Shown here: positions 38,701-50,169 of the stretch, piece by piece | Position numbering within the stretch: the stretch's first letter is position 1 | Layout: each line of letters starts with the position of its first letter | NCBI RefSeq assembly: GCF_037042905.1 | Contig: NC_087246.1 | Coordinates: 20,460,001 to 20,524,000 of the forward strand | Reading direction: 5' to 3' | DNA length: 64,000 bases | DNA from: Lytechinus pictus | Taxonomy: Eukaryota | Program-made: the position numbers and the translations under genes | The notes under the pieces: model-generated | What the model was told of the DNA's origin: nothing | The model's input: the letters and a program-made list of their open reading frames with translations, nothing else | Database searches by the model: none

Positions 38701-41700
38701 ACAATTATCTTATGTATCCTTCCCAGACGGTTAAGAATGATTCGTGAGTCTAATGAGCTGATACATCGAACCTCTACTGTTAAAGATTTATGTGATATTT
38801 GGCTACCCATAGTTAAACCACAACTTAGACCAGAGTTTAAATTAAAAACCAACTTCAGAATAATGGGCCACCGAATTTTAAATCACCCGTTGTGTTTGGT
38901 TTGTTACAGCATTGTTGGTGGTCTGGATACATTGACTGCCATGGAGAAGGTGGAGACTGATAAGAAAGACAGACCGGTGAAGGATATCATCATCCAAGAC
39001 ACTGTCATCTTCGTCAATCCATACGAAGAGGTTGATAAAGAGGTATGCATACAAGAATCCTTCACTCCCAGTCAAATTCCTTGTTTATATTCTCTCATCA
39101 ACCAAATTCTTTGGGTTGAGATCATATCAACTGGCAACATGATATGGGGAGCTTTTCATGAAATGAATAGTCAGAAATTTTAATTGGCAACTGTTATAAG
39201 CTACTGAAATCCTTATATCTAATTGGCTAAAAATAAACTAATTAAAAGTTATTATAGAATAGGTATCATGCATAAGAAATTATTATAGAATGGATGAGAA
39301 AATCCATGCTATCTGATTGGTTGAGAGCTATGCAAATTTTTTTTACTGGGCTGCATGAACGATATCCCGATAATCAAAACGATATTCACTGTAAACAAGC
39401 TATCACCCGAAAAGGTCATTGTGATGTCATCGCGCATGTACTGTTACGCTTGTTTACGTCAAAATTTTGAATTTTCTATCAAGGCAGAATGAATCAAATA
39501 AAGGATACAAAATGATCTATAAGTACAAATACGGTACCGTAATTGTCATAGGGATTAAAACTGCCCGCAAACTCGTTAGTTGAGAAGGCCAGACACACGT
39601 TAGATCTACTGCCCTCAGTGGCGTAACAGGCGGGGGGGCAGGGGGGGCAAGCTGCCCCCCCTGGTGGAGCTCACCGGGAAAAAAAAAAAAAACGGGAAAA
39701 AAAAAAGGGGGGAAGAAAGGGAAAGGAGGGGGAAAGAAAAAAGGGGAAAGGGGAAAGGGAAAGGAAAAGTGAAAAGAAAAAACATGAAAAAGGGAAAACG
39801 GAAAGATAACGGGAAAAGGAAGGAAAAAAGAACAAGTGAGAAAGAACAATTTGCCCCGATATACAAATACATTAGCATGATTAGTAAGACAGGGAAATAA
39901 AATAAAGATGACAAAAAGGCAAACAAAAGCGGGAAATAAAGGCAGAATGGAATAAGCCAAAATCTAAATTGGAAAATAAAGAATAGGGACAAGATAACGT
40001 ACACTACCGGGCTGCCGAGGATTGAGATAACGAGCGGGAAGAAAAATGGATGGTACATAGCATAATGTCGTATGAAAGTCTATCATAAACTTGCTCTGTC
40101 CAAGAGTCAAGACCCCGTGCAGTTGGTGCTCTTCATCTGTAACCTTTAATGGGTTCTATAACGGGCCCATATATGGACCCTTCCTGCATTAAGCTTTACA
40201 TTGAAGCACTTGCGTACCGGGGGTGGTTCCACAGCAAAGGGGAAATAAAAGAAAATAAAGGAGGCAGCGAAATGAGATGAATGAAAAAAATATATGACAT
40301 GATATTTGCTATAATGATGTAAAAATCTATCACATAATTAGAATTTCATTTTAACAGGCCATTTTTTTCTGGCTCGCTTCGCTCGCTGGCAACTTTTTAC
40401 AAATTTTCCCACATTTGCTATGGTGTGCCCCTAATATTTGGATGATTACAATACACAACTGCATTGAATGTATGTGTTGTGTTAAAGCTATATAAATATA
40501 CACGCAATTTGATTAAAATAAGTGGCCATCTGTAATGAAGGTTTAAAATGGCTTTGATATCAAGAGGTTCCGGGGCTCTGCCCTGGACCCCACCCATAAA
40601 GCACTGTTATATGGATGAGTTTGGACCATGGCCCCCAACAGTTCTACAACCAAACCAAAAAAAAATGAGGAAAGAAAGGAAAGTGTATTATATTTTTCTG
40701 AATATCACGTTAAAATCTATCTTCATGTTAGCTCGCTCGGGACCTATATTAAGCTACTTCTTGCCAGAAGCGCCAAACTCGGCCCCCTCGAGCATATAGA
40801 GCTTCGCCCTGATGCTCACAATCATAACAAAAATCCTGTTCACCGTGGCGTACAAAAAAGAGAGAAAAAAGGAGAGAGAGGAGGGTGAATATGATATCAT
40901 CTTTTAACATTATGTCAAAATCTTTTAAAAATTGGATTTTTGCAATAAAAATATCAAAAAATTTTGCTCGCTCGCTTATATATATATATATTTGCCCGAT
41001 ACGCCATATCGCCCCCTCAAAATTTTTGCCTTATGACGCCATTGCCTGTTCCATGATATGACCGGGAAATTTTTGGCTCTTTTTGGCCCCCTGGCCACCC
41101 ATGACGAAATACCTCCGTTTGAGAAGGCTATACCCCAGATCGTTTTCACCAATTCTCTTCTCCAACCACTATAATCCCGAACTGCCCCCAAGCAAGAAAT
41201 TTAAATATCAAAACACCTGTTTCTTGACCTCGGTCTGAAGATAATGCGACAGCCCAGCACAGCAGGGGGTCACACACGATGGATTGCAACGTGTCTAAGA
41301 GCCTGCTATGGAGTTCCGTGTATACACGCGGTGAATGCATCGTGTGCGCAGCGCTTTAAGGGCAGTCCCTGCATGCAAAGCATAACCTAATTTTTATTCG
41401 CTTATTTTCCTTATTTCGAGGTCGATTTTCTTCGTTCGAAATTGAAAAAGGACTAATATTGGATGTCTGAATACAATATGCCTTTGAAAATGTGATTAAA
41501 TATCGAAGACAATAATTTAATTCCGAAGTTCCTTCTTCAGGCAGAGAAGTCTTACGTAATAGCACAGCTGTTGTTTATCATTTCGTCCTTGGCTTTACTG
41601 GCCAGTGGAGGTGAAATTGAGACAACGGGGATTACCTGGCCAAGATGGGTTTATCGGGGCTTGGAAATGTTCAAATGAGAAATGAGAGTTTCAAACGAAA

Positions 41701-44700
41701 AATGGGGTCTATTACCGCAGTTTGCGACCCCAACAGCGGTGAAACCCCAAACGGTGTATTTTCGTAATGGACCCCTGTTACGCCGCTGACTGCCCTGGGC
41801 CGGGCTGGCTGTGCACAGCCAAAGCTACACTGCAGGCCCAGGCAGGCGGCAGCCGTAGGCGCTGGCCCGGGCATACACACACAGCTATTGGAGGTCTGAG
41901 GCTGCCTATTAAAATAGATCTAGTCAATGCAAAGCTGTATCTGGCATTTTGAGTATAATGCCTTTGTGCCAACATATAAAGTTAGGCATACATATTTATG
42001 TTGTCCTGGGTTATCAAAGGGTTTTCATGCATCCGATAAATAAATCATGCGTCTGGTAAATTTTTTCATGCGTCCGGTAAATTGAATTTACCAGACGCAT
42101 GAAATTATCATGCATCCGGTAAATCATTAATTTTTGTGGTTTATTCAATAATTTTTTTCCATTCTATAAAACAGATGATGCATGGGTTTCTTTCGTGGGT
42201 CAGTGGAACTGTGTGCACGCGGTAACTTTGGCATTATGGTCTAAACCCACTCGGCTGCGCCTCGTGGGTTAAACCATGCCTAAGTTACCTTGTGCACACA
42301 GTTCCTACTGACCCACTCTAACCCATGCATCATTTGTATACAGAATGCATGGCCAGCCATGCGTTGTTAATAACTTATGCATGGTTGTAAAAAAAAAAAA
42401 TTTTAGCCAAAAAATTCCACCATTCTATAATACAAATGACACACAGGTTTGTTCGTGCATCGGTAGGACTAATGAGCATGCGGTAACTATGGAAACTATT
42501 CTAAACCCACAGAGCGCATAACAGTTCCTTAGTTACCTTATGCTCACAAAACATACCAATGCACTCACATCTGTGCATCATTTGTATACTGACGAGATGA
42601 TGAAACACTCCCACAGAAAAAAATTACTTAATTACTTCAAGCAGGTTAATGCAGTAGAAAGTTTCTATTCTAATTTTTCATGACAGATTATGAATCCTGT
42701 TTATAATGACTGCTCAAGGGAGACAAAATTATTTTTAAAAATACATGTTTCATTAGGAAATATTACTCAAGGGAAACCCACTAAGCAGTCTTTGTGAACA
42801 GGTGGTTCTTCTATACATGTGGTCAATAAAGGAGGTTTTGACTGTACTATGGTGTTATGTCACAGTAATTATTCTTCACTTTCCTCATGTTTGTTGTTTT
42901 GTACTCATTTCAATTTCTGAACTTATTGACATTTTTTTTGTGTGTATGTGACATGTACTGTTTGAAAATGGTGAATTCCTATTATTCTAATAGAGACTAT
43001 TATTTCCTTTCTTTGGACCTAAAATGAGGTATTCATTACTTTTGCAGTGCTGATTTAACCACAAAATATTGAATGTAATTGACATGTTTTTATTTGTTGC
43101 TTTATCTTGCAAGTCTGAAAAGCTTTCTGACTGTTAACCCATTGAGATCTATAACCAGCTAGCCTATGGGATCTACAGAATTCAGTAGTGAACATGTTAC
43201 AAAAAATATGTGATTTTTTGGATGTGTATTCGCAAATAAGTTGTGGATCTTTTCTTAACGGTGAATACTTTTTGATGTTTAGATTGCTGAGGAGAGATTA
43301 AAACTGAAAGAAGAAGAGACAAGAGAAAAGAAACCTTCCCAGTCTACAGCGATAATACCAGGAACGACAGACAAACCTCGGGTTTATAGACCGGGGGTTG
43401 GCAAGTACTTGGCCCAATTATCAAGGGATACTCCTGACAGGTGAATACAATGTGGTTTAATGAATAATAACTGACAGCATGTTTTATAGAATGGGTATTA
43501 TGCATAAGTAATTACCGACGCATGGCCAACCAAGCATCCAGTAAATTTGACATGCTTCCGATAATTACTTATGCATGTTTTTAAAGAAATTTATTCTCAG
43601 CCAAAAAAATTTATTGAAAAACAAATGATATGCAGGTTTGTTTGTGAATCGGTAGGACTAGTGAGCATGCGGTTTAAAAGTTTGATAGTTACCTTATGCT
43701 TACAAAATATACCAATGCACTCACATTCTGTGTATCATTTGTATATTATCGAGCTTTGGTAATTCTTGTCTGACTAAAAGGATTGACGCTATGATTGAAA
43801 TACAACTGTATCACTTATTTTTAATTTGAATCCTTCTAACTGCCTTTTAAGGACAAGTCCACCCCAACAAAAAGTTGATTTGAATAAAAAGAGAAAAATC
43901 CAAAAAGCATAACACTGAAAATTTCATCAAAATCGGATGTAAAATAAAGTTATGACATTTTAAAATTTTGCTAAATTTCACACAACAGTTATATGCACAT
44001 CCTGGTCGGTATGCAAATGAGGGGCTGATGACGTCACCCACTCACTATTTCTTTTGTATTCTCTTATATGAAATATTCTTATTTTCTCCCTCTTATGTGA
44101 AATCGAGTTTTATTCTTCCTTGGACATGTGGAATTAACATTGTTTAACATTACATGTTTCAGTCAAGCCTTACATCATTGTCAATTCTGTAAAAAAATTA
44201 AATATATTATTCAAATATAAAAAACAAAAGAAATAGTGAGTGATGGACATCATCGACTCTCATTTGCATATCTCTGAATTGTGCATATAACTGTTTTAAG
44301 AAAAATAAGCGAAACTTTAAAATGTCATAAATCTCATATTTACATCCGATTTTGATGAAATTTTCTGCGTTATACTTGTTAGATTTTTCTTTATTTATTC
44401 AATCAACATTTTTATGGGGTGGACTTGACCTTTTATGATAAAAGCTAACTGGTTAAAAGACCCAAATGCCAATCAACTAATGATCTTTTTAAACTTTGCC
44501 ATGGTAGTCTTGTATCAAGAGGGTTGAATTTCTGTTTTAGGACCAATCCCATCCAGGATTTTGATGTCAATATCTAGTTTCCTAATCAAATATGCTGATG
44601 AGACCACTGAACCACTGAAAATGTATGTTCATAATTCTAACGGAAAAAGATGGAAATAATGATGTATGTCATCTGAAGAAAAAAGGCAAACATGTCTTCA

Positions 44701-45118
44701 GTTGAGTTTATATAAAGGTGGATAGAGTATCATGTCTATTTTTTAAATCAAAGTATCATTAAAAATATTCTTCATTAAAAGTCATTAAGATTATCATTAA
44801 TTTGGTCTGAGTTTATGCAGCTTAGTATATTCATAAATAAAGATTAAAACTTATTGTTGATTATATTTTCGGTATTGATGTTATACATATTTACCTGTAG
44901 GTATGAGTTTTGATTTATGATATCTTCAGCGGACTTCATTTAAATTAATCAAACTGTGATCTAATGACTACAATTTCAGGCCTTCCTCAAGTTCAACTTC
45001 AGACCAACCAAGTAGCAGTGGAGTTACAAAGAGACCAGTAGAAGCAGATAGCAGTAAACAAGGCAACAAGAAAAAGGTCAAAAGTTCAATGAATTTGAGT
45101 GACTTCAGTGCTTGGTGA
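23767..45118 (+). CDS. PPIL2: RING/U-box-type E3 ubiquitin ligase PPIL2 (cyclophilin-60), 18 coding exons, 536 aa
   Basis: Exons 23767-23798, 25404-25453, 26082-26127, 26572-26686, 27078-27129, 29858-29949, 32008-32173, 33487-33587, 34173-34217, 34481-34556, 35320-35426, 36098-36187, 36766-36799, 37104-37221, 37856-37912, 38910-39042, 43283-43440, 44980-45118. All GT-AG, in frame (1611 nt). Hallmarks: [87 protein letters not shown], terminal DFSAW. Confidence 0.95.
27325..27520. repeat. Degenerate (GAT/AAT)n trinucleotide tract; similar (CAT)n tract at ~59095-59312
   Basis: Visible triplet periodicity. Confidence 0.7.
27643..28671. mobile_element. Non-autonomous Tc1/mariner (Tc2/pogo-like) element
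   Basis: TA-flanked imperfect TIRs CCGCAAGTAACGGACTATAAACCGCACC / GGTGCAGTTAATAGACCGTTACGG; subterminal repeat TAAACCGCACCCCC at ~27660 and ~28605; no transposase ORF. Confidence 0.6.
28674..28990. mobile_element. MITE-like inverted-repeat element
   Basis: taattgataaaaaaatatgaccttaccaagaatct ... agattcttggtaaggccatgtttttttttatcaatta. Confidence 0.55.
29134..29728. mobile_element. Kolobok-type MITE (TTAA TSD, AGG termini)
   Basis: TTAA-AGGGGAATCCAACC ... GGCTGGATTCCCCT-TTAA. Confidence 0.75.
29961..31626. mobile_element. Kolobok-type MITE inserted 11 nt after the PPIL2 exon-6 donor, carrying a nested element
   Basis: TTAA-AGGGATGGTCCAGGCTGAAA ... TTTCAGCCCGGACCATCCCT-TTAA. Confidence 0.8.
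30151..31234. mobile_element. Non-autonomous TIR element with 5-bp TSD, nested in the Kolobok MITE
   Basis: 19-bp TIR CAGTCAGACTGCAGGTCCC / GGGACCTGCGGTCTGACTG; ATCCC duplicated at 30146-50 and 31235-39. Confidence 0.8.
32180..32790. repeat. Purine-rich (GA) low-complexity tract in PPIL2 intron 7
   Basis: Strong G/A strand bias over ~600 bp. Confidence 0.6.
32840..33438. mobile_element. Kolobok-type MITE (AGGACAAGTCCACCCC family)
   Basis: TTAA TSD; long imperfect TIRs; same family as 43850 and 45602. Confidence 0.78.
34672..35287. mobile_element. TATA-bounded repeat with a one-ended ~185-bp hairpin (Crypton-like non-autonomous element, tentative)
   Basis: Starts TATAAAACAC...CTGATTGG; internal palindromes cgtgcaatagtYgactaYtgcacg twice; terminal stem-loop tataaaacaaatattcaatg ... 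cattgaatatttgtata (35104-35287). Confidence 0.5.
35541..35866. mobile_element. MITE with ~35-bp imperfect TIRs
   Basis: ggaccttttgatttgcgtgctcaccagtggtctgc / gcagtctactagtgaacgtgcaaatcaaaagttc. Confidence 0.55.
39616..41788 (+). mobile_element. Non-autonomous hAT-type element, copy B
   Basis: TIRs CAGTGGCGTAACAGG / CCTGTTACGCCGCTG; perfect 8-bp TSD ACTGCCCT (39608-15, 41789-96). Confidence 0.92.
41100..41769. mobile_element. 670-bp TIR element nested in hAT copy B, no target duplication
   Basis: Imperfect TIR CATGACGAAATACCTCCGTTTG / CAAACGGTGTATTTTCGTAATG; the empty site ggccacc|gaccc is seen in copies A and C. Confidence 0.75.
43485..43745. mobile_element. Short TATA-bounded hairpin element (relative of 39253-42588)
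   Basis: tatagaatgggtattatgcataag ... acaaatgatatgcagg ... tgtatcatttgtata. Confidence 0.55.
43850..44431. mobile_element. Kolobok-type MITE (TTTA-flanked)
   Basis: AGGACAAGTCCACCCC ... GGGGTGGACTTGACCT; TTTA on both sides. Confidence 0.75.
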
Positions 45119-45601
45119 TCAGACCCATAAAAGCTGGGAATAATACTCTTCTGGAAAAGACCATGTTATGCAAAATGTACGATCTCTATACATTAGAGAT
45201 TTGGTCATTGATTGGTTGAATTGTCATTGTCAAGGGCCTTTTATTTTTCATGGGGCCTCGGGCATGGTGTTATAGGCTGAAAGATTGTTATACTCTTGCA
45301 AATCATGTGGTCATTTCTTTACATGGAAGATAGTCTGTATGATGAAAAAGTTATCAAGAGTGAGCAGTGTTACATTTCTTGAAAATTTGTAAAAGTAGCA
45401 AAGGAAAATTGTCTAGATGACAATCCGCTATCACCCAATCAAATTTCAGTGGCTTTTAACAGAAGTATAATTGTGAGATTGATGAAATGAGACCCTTTGC
45501 AATCATCAGGGTAAGTACTTTTTTGGTCAATGTCATAGGCAACCAATGAAAATACTGAGATCCTTGCATGATAAGCTGAATGTACAACATGGCTTGCTTA
45601 A

Positions 45602-46204
45602 AGGACAAGTCCACCCCAACAAAAACTTGATTTGAATAAAAAGAGAAAAATTCAACAAGCATAACACTGAAAATTTCATCAAAATCGGATGTAAAATAAA
45701 AAAGTTATGGCATTTTAAAGTTTCACTTATGTTCAACAAAATAGTTATAAGAACGAGCCAGTTACATCCAAATGAGAGAGTTGATGACATCACTCACTCA
45801 CTATTTCTTTTGTATTTTATTATATGAAATATGAAATATTTTTATTTTCTCGTCATTGTCATGTGAAATGAAGTTTCATTCCTCCCTGAACTCGTGGAAT
45901 TCCATTATTTTAATATTTTGTGCTTCAGGCAAGGAGGTCCTAATCGTCAAATTCGGAAAAATTGAAAAATTGTATAATTCAAACAATAAAAAACAAAAGA
46001 AATAGTGAGTGAGTGACATCATCGACTCTCTCATTTGGATTTAACTGGCTCGTTCATATAACTATTTTGTTGAAAATAAGCGAAACTTTGAAATGTCATA
46101 ACTTTCTTATTTTACATTCGATTTTGATGAAATTTTCAGCATTGTGCTTGTCTGATTTTTCTCTATTAATTCAAATCAACATTGTTCTGAGGTGGACTTG
46201 ACCT
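45602..46204. mobile_element. Kolobok-type MITE downstream of the PPIL2 stop
   Basis: TTAA TSD; AGGACAAGTCCACC ... GGTGGACTTGACCT; long internal inverted symmetry. Confidence 0.8.
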
Positions 46205-47020
46205 TTAAAGCTATATTCAAGTAGTCGCATCAAATGATTATAACATTAAAAAGCATTCAAAATTGAGGTCAGTTGTCTGAATATCTTTAAGATCTAGATC
46301 CAGTATGCCCATGTACACCTATCTTTGTGAAGTCATTATATTCAAGCTAAAAAGCAAGTGAAGATTACCAACACCAGTAACTACATGTGGGACCCTGTAG
46401 TAACAGAATTTATCCTTTTGAAGACATCAAAACATTGGCTGTTGGAGCAACAAATTCAAATCAAATTTTTGGATATAGACAAGATATCACTTGAGAGATT
46501 ATCTTGTCATGTGATAGAAAAAAAAATTGATTGCCTACCCCCCCAGAAATATTTGTGAGTGCACTTGATCTCTTCATGAAAAAAAAAATTCCTTATTTAT
46601 TTCATATGCAGTGTGCCATCGCATAAGATTTATCGTTACTGCATGGTGGTGTTTTATAACACTATAAGTTTCGACTTTCTGCATGATTTCTATAACAAGT
46701 TTAAGATCAGCCAGTCAAATTGAATGCTTTTCTATGTTAGTGTCATACACACCAAATTATTATTTGCAAATTTGTTATTATAGCAAGTTTTATGATACGG
46801 GGGCCCAAGTTGTTTGTTCAGTCATGTGAAACTTAAAAGCAGCATTGTTAAACTCCGCCCTTGTAGCTTTGTAGTAAGTGGTCAGTTTCACAAGAAATGA
46901 TTGAATGTTGAACAGTGGTGTCATGGTACCTGATATGTATGGCAGGGTTACCACGTTCAATATTAGGCATTGTGCTGATATGTTTATAGTCGAGATCTAG
47001 ATGTTAGTAGTTATTTGTTC

Positions 47021-47168
47021 AGGGACCAGTTGCAGAAAAAGTTGCGTTTAAACGCAAGCCAGAAAATCAATCGCAAGTCTCAAATGCGCGCTGTTGATTG
47101 GTTGAAAATCAAGTTGTGCATGACTTTTAGAGTTGCGATTGATTGCAACTCTTTCTGCAACGGGCCCC
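47021..47168. mobile_element. Short palindromic MITE (GGGCCC-type ends, Harbinger-like); relatives at ~25152-25302 and ~38560-38870
   Basis: gggaccagttgcagaaaaagttgc ... gcaactctttctgcaacgggccc. Confidence 0.5.
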
Positions 47169-49916
47169 AGGAAACCCTACCCTCACTCATTGCATAAAGT
47201 ATACCAGTATACCATCCCTCCCTCTTTTCAAGAGAGCATGTACGTCCATGGTAAGAGAAGGTGAAAAGAGTGAGGACTGGTATTTTGGTGTGTATAATTT
47301 ATGCAGTGAGTGAGTGTAGGGTTTCTGACCAAATAATTTCTAGATCTAGACTTATGTGTTTGAAATCTCAGGGGATACTTTTTTATCGCATGTACCAAGG
47401 CTACCAACTTAATGAATTAATATTTAGGGTTTCTTTGCCATAATGGTATATCCTGTGGTAACAGGGCTTGACGGCTAATCAAAATAAATGTTTCCATGGA
47501 AGTTATCTACATACAAAATAAGAGTGGCTTATATTATTTGTTTTGTATGATGAATAAAGTTTATGTATAGTGAAAAATACCAATACAACGAGCCAGACAA
47601 CAGTGTTCTATTTTGTCGATAACATTTATATAATTTGGACGTCATTACATCTCGCAGGTGAAAATATATAATATTGGATACAAATACAACACTCAGGATT
47701 ATAGATTTGATTACATAAAATATTGATATTACTTCTCTCTACCTTACATCTAATATTACTTACAAATTATTGTACAATAATTGACAAGATGATTCATAAA
47801 TACTCTCACTGTGTGTTAAAACATTCTTGTATATGAAATATTTGGAATAGGATACTACTAAAAAGACATATACATACATGTACATCTGATACAAAATACA
47901 GTATATCGTATAACAATTTACAAGTCACATTACTTTTTTTTTAATTCCTGTGTATAAGTCGCATATTTTTCAGGATCAGGATTTTGTAAATTTAAAGTTA
48001 CTGGTTATTCCATGAATGGATGAATTAAATGGTAATATACAATTGAACTTCAAGTTTTGGTGAGAGATGTTTGTGTTTCTTTGGAGGTGGCTGCATTATC
48101 TGTAAGAATCATCCATCTGAACTATAATATTAAGAACAAAATGGAATATATAAAAATCACATTAAATTGTACAGAATATCATGAACTCTTTGTTCAATGA
48201 GAAGTGTCAAGGAAGTAAAGCACACCAGTTACTTTAGGGAATAAAATTTTGTTCGAAATATAACAGATTTTAGATCAAGAAATTGACTGCTAGAAGTGCA
48301 TCAAAATGTAGAACCAAACAATTTAGTTGTTCTCTTTCCTCTTTCAATATGTGACTTGAAGTTGAATGTGAATATTGTTCAACAAATCACAATAGTTTGA
48401 GATTTGCAATCAATCACAAGCATTTTTACTGCAGGGCCGTCTCAACAAGAAAGCAATATTATATGATTTACCAAACCTGCTTTGATCAGACAATTATCAT
48501 ATCAACTAACTGATCATGAATGAAATTATTGTTGTATTTTCATCAATCTGCGTGAGTTTCCATGAAATTCTCTTTAACTTCATGATTTTGTTTACTTGTT
48601 TCCATGGCACCAGTATGACTGGAATGATGGTAAAATGTTAGAATTTGATCGCAACTATCAAAAAGTGAGCTGTTAGACATTGTAACAAGTGATCTAACAC
48701 CACTGGCTACTATCATTTGCAAGCAGTGATAACATCTAAAAAAGTGGATGGATGAAAAAGTGTGTATGTTGATCAGGTATATCTCTCATTATTTAATATC
48801 AATCTACCAAACCTTTAAGTATCTGATTTTCCATTAATCCGGTCAACACTGTCTGGGAACACAAGGAATATACAAATGGACGACTACAAACATGCATAGA
48901 GGGGGAAAAGTAGGCTTCCAATAATTATTTAATATTACACATGATGATAATATATCAGCTACATAGATACATTTGTTTGTCTACATAGTTAATTCACATG
49001 TCGATTTTCATATGATTTGTAGAATGACGCATTTAAAATGTATTGAATCATGTCACAATAATAATATCCTGTGTTATGATTTAATAGTTATTGGATAGAA
49101 TAAAGTGCATATTTTTGTACAGAATAGAATATCATATCTTGTCAGTCATTTCCATATTAAACTTATAAATCAAGTTTAGAAGAAGCTTTATTCCTCTGTT
49201 CTCATTTGACATGTAAGACATATTATACACAGGCAATAATTAATGTCCCAATTCTAGGTGGTTCTTTATCGACATACATTGGACACTGATATATTGTATC
49301 AAAAAGTTCATACCAATTTTAGGTATAAAGTAACATATAATGATCGATTCATTTTGGTTTCATTTTGATTCATCATATTCACAATATTTATAACAAGTAA
49401 AGAATACAAATGAAAAAAAAAGAGAAATGCAATACCTAATAAAAACCTGGCTAAGGAATTAACTGATCAAGAAATAATGAAGTATTATCTTGAAATGGTT
49501 AATTGCAAGCAATTTTTTCCTGTATACAGTCCTGCACTTGCTTAAAGAAAATTATGATGATGGTAATAACTATAATATCTTTTATTAAGTGCAATATCTA
49601 CATGTACTTTGCAGAATTGCCCAAGATGGATCAATATTTTCACTATTTTTTGCATTTCTTTTAATGATCTGTCGAGTATTTAAAAAAAAAAAGCCTGTCC
49701 AACTTGACTATGGAAAGCCAGTGATGCCAGAATTTATCATCTAAAATGTGCACATGTGCAAGCTGTGTGCTCTTGATAGATGACTGAATCACAACCATGC
49801 AAGTGTTATTAATTTGACTGAGCAGCATGCTTTCTTTCTATGTTCGATGGGAAAGTATGAAGACTGTGACCAATTCTTGTCAAGATTGTAAAGTTGAGGA
49901 ATCTTATTGTCGCAGG

Positions 49917-50169
49917 CATGGCCGTACGCAGCCATTTTCGCTGGGGGGGGGGGGGGGGCAGCACGCATAAACTTTTTCGAAAGAACTCAAAAGTGAGGGA
50001 GCGAAGCGTCCAAGCTTGTCATTGGGGCGCTTTTGCCCTTTTTAAAGTGGAATTGAAGGATTTCTTGCATATTTATGGTGAAAATTTGTGAAAATTTTCA
50101 GTAAGAAAATGTAAGTTTTCAAAACTTCTGGGGGGGGGGGGGCAACTGCCCCTGCTGCGTACGGCCATG
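49917..50169. mobile_element. Small hAT-type MITE
   Basis: TIR CATGGCCGTACGCAGC / GCTGCGTACGGCCATG; degenerate 8-bp TSD gtcgcagg / atcacagg; poly-G subterminal tracts. Confidence 0.72.

Larger units (their letters stand above)
39284..42340. mobile_element. Inner TATA-bounded hairpin element
   Basis: TATAGAATGG...CTGATTGG at left is inverted to ccattctata at ~42159-42168, followed by a long hairpin 42165-42340 with loop actcggctgcgcctcgt. Confidence 0.6.
39253..42588. mobile_element. Outer TATA-bounded hairpin element, interrupted by the related element 39284-42340
   Basis: 5' tatagaataggtatcatgcataag and the 3' part 42341-42588 join to match the uninterrupted relative at 43485-43745. Confidence 0.6.

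Noticed and set aside
38617-39183. 188-aa plus-strand ORF, the longest in the track
   Set aside because: Only 38910-39042 is coding (PPIL2 exon 16); the rest is open intron/MITE sequence.
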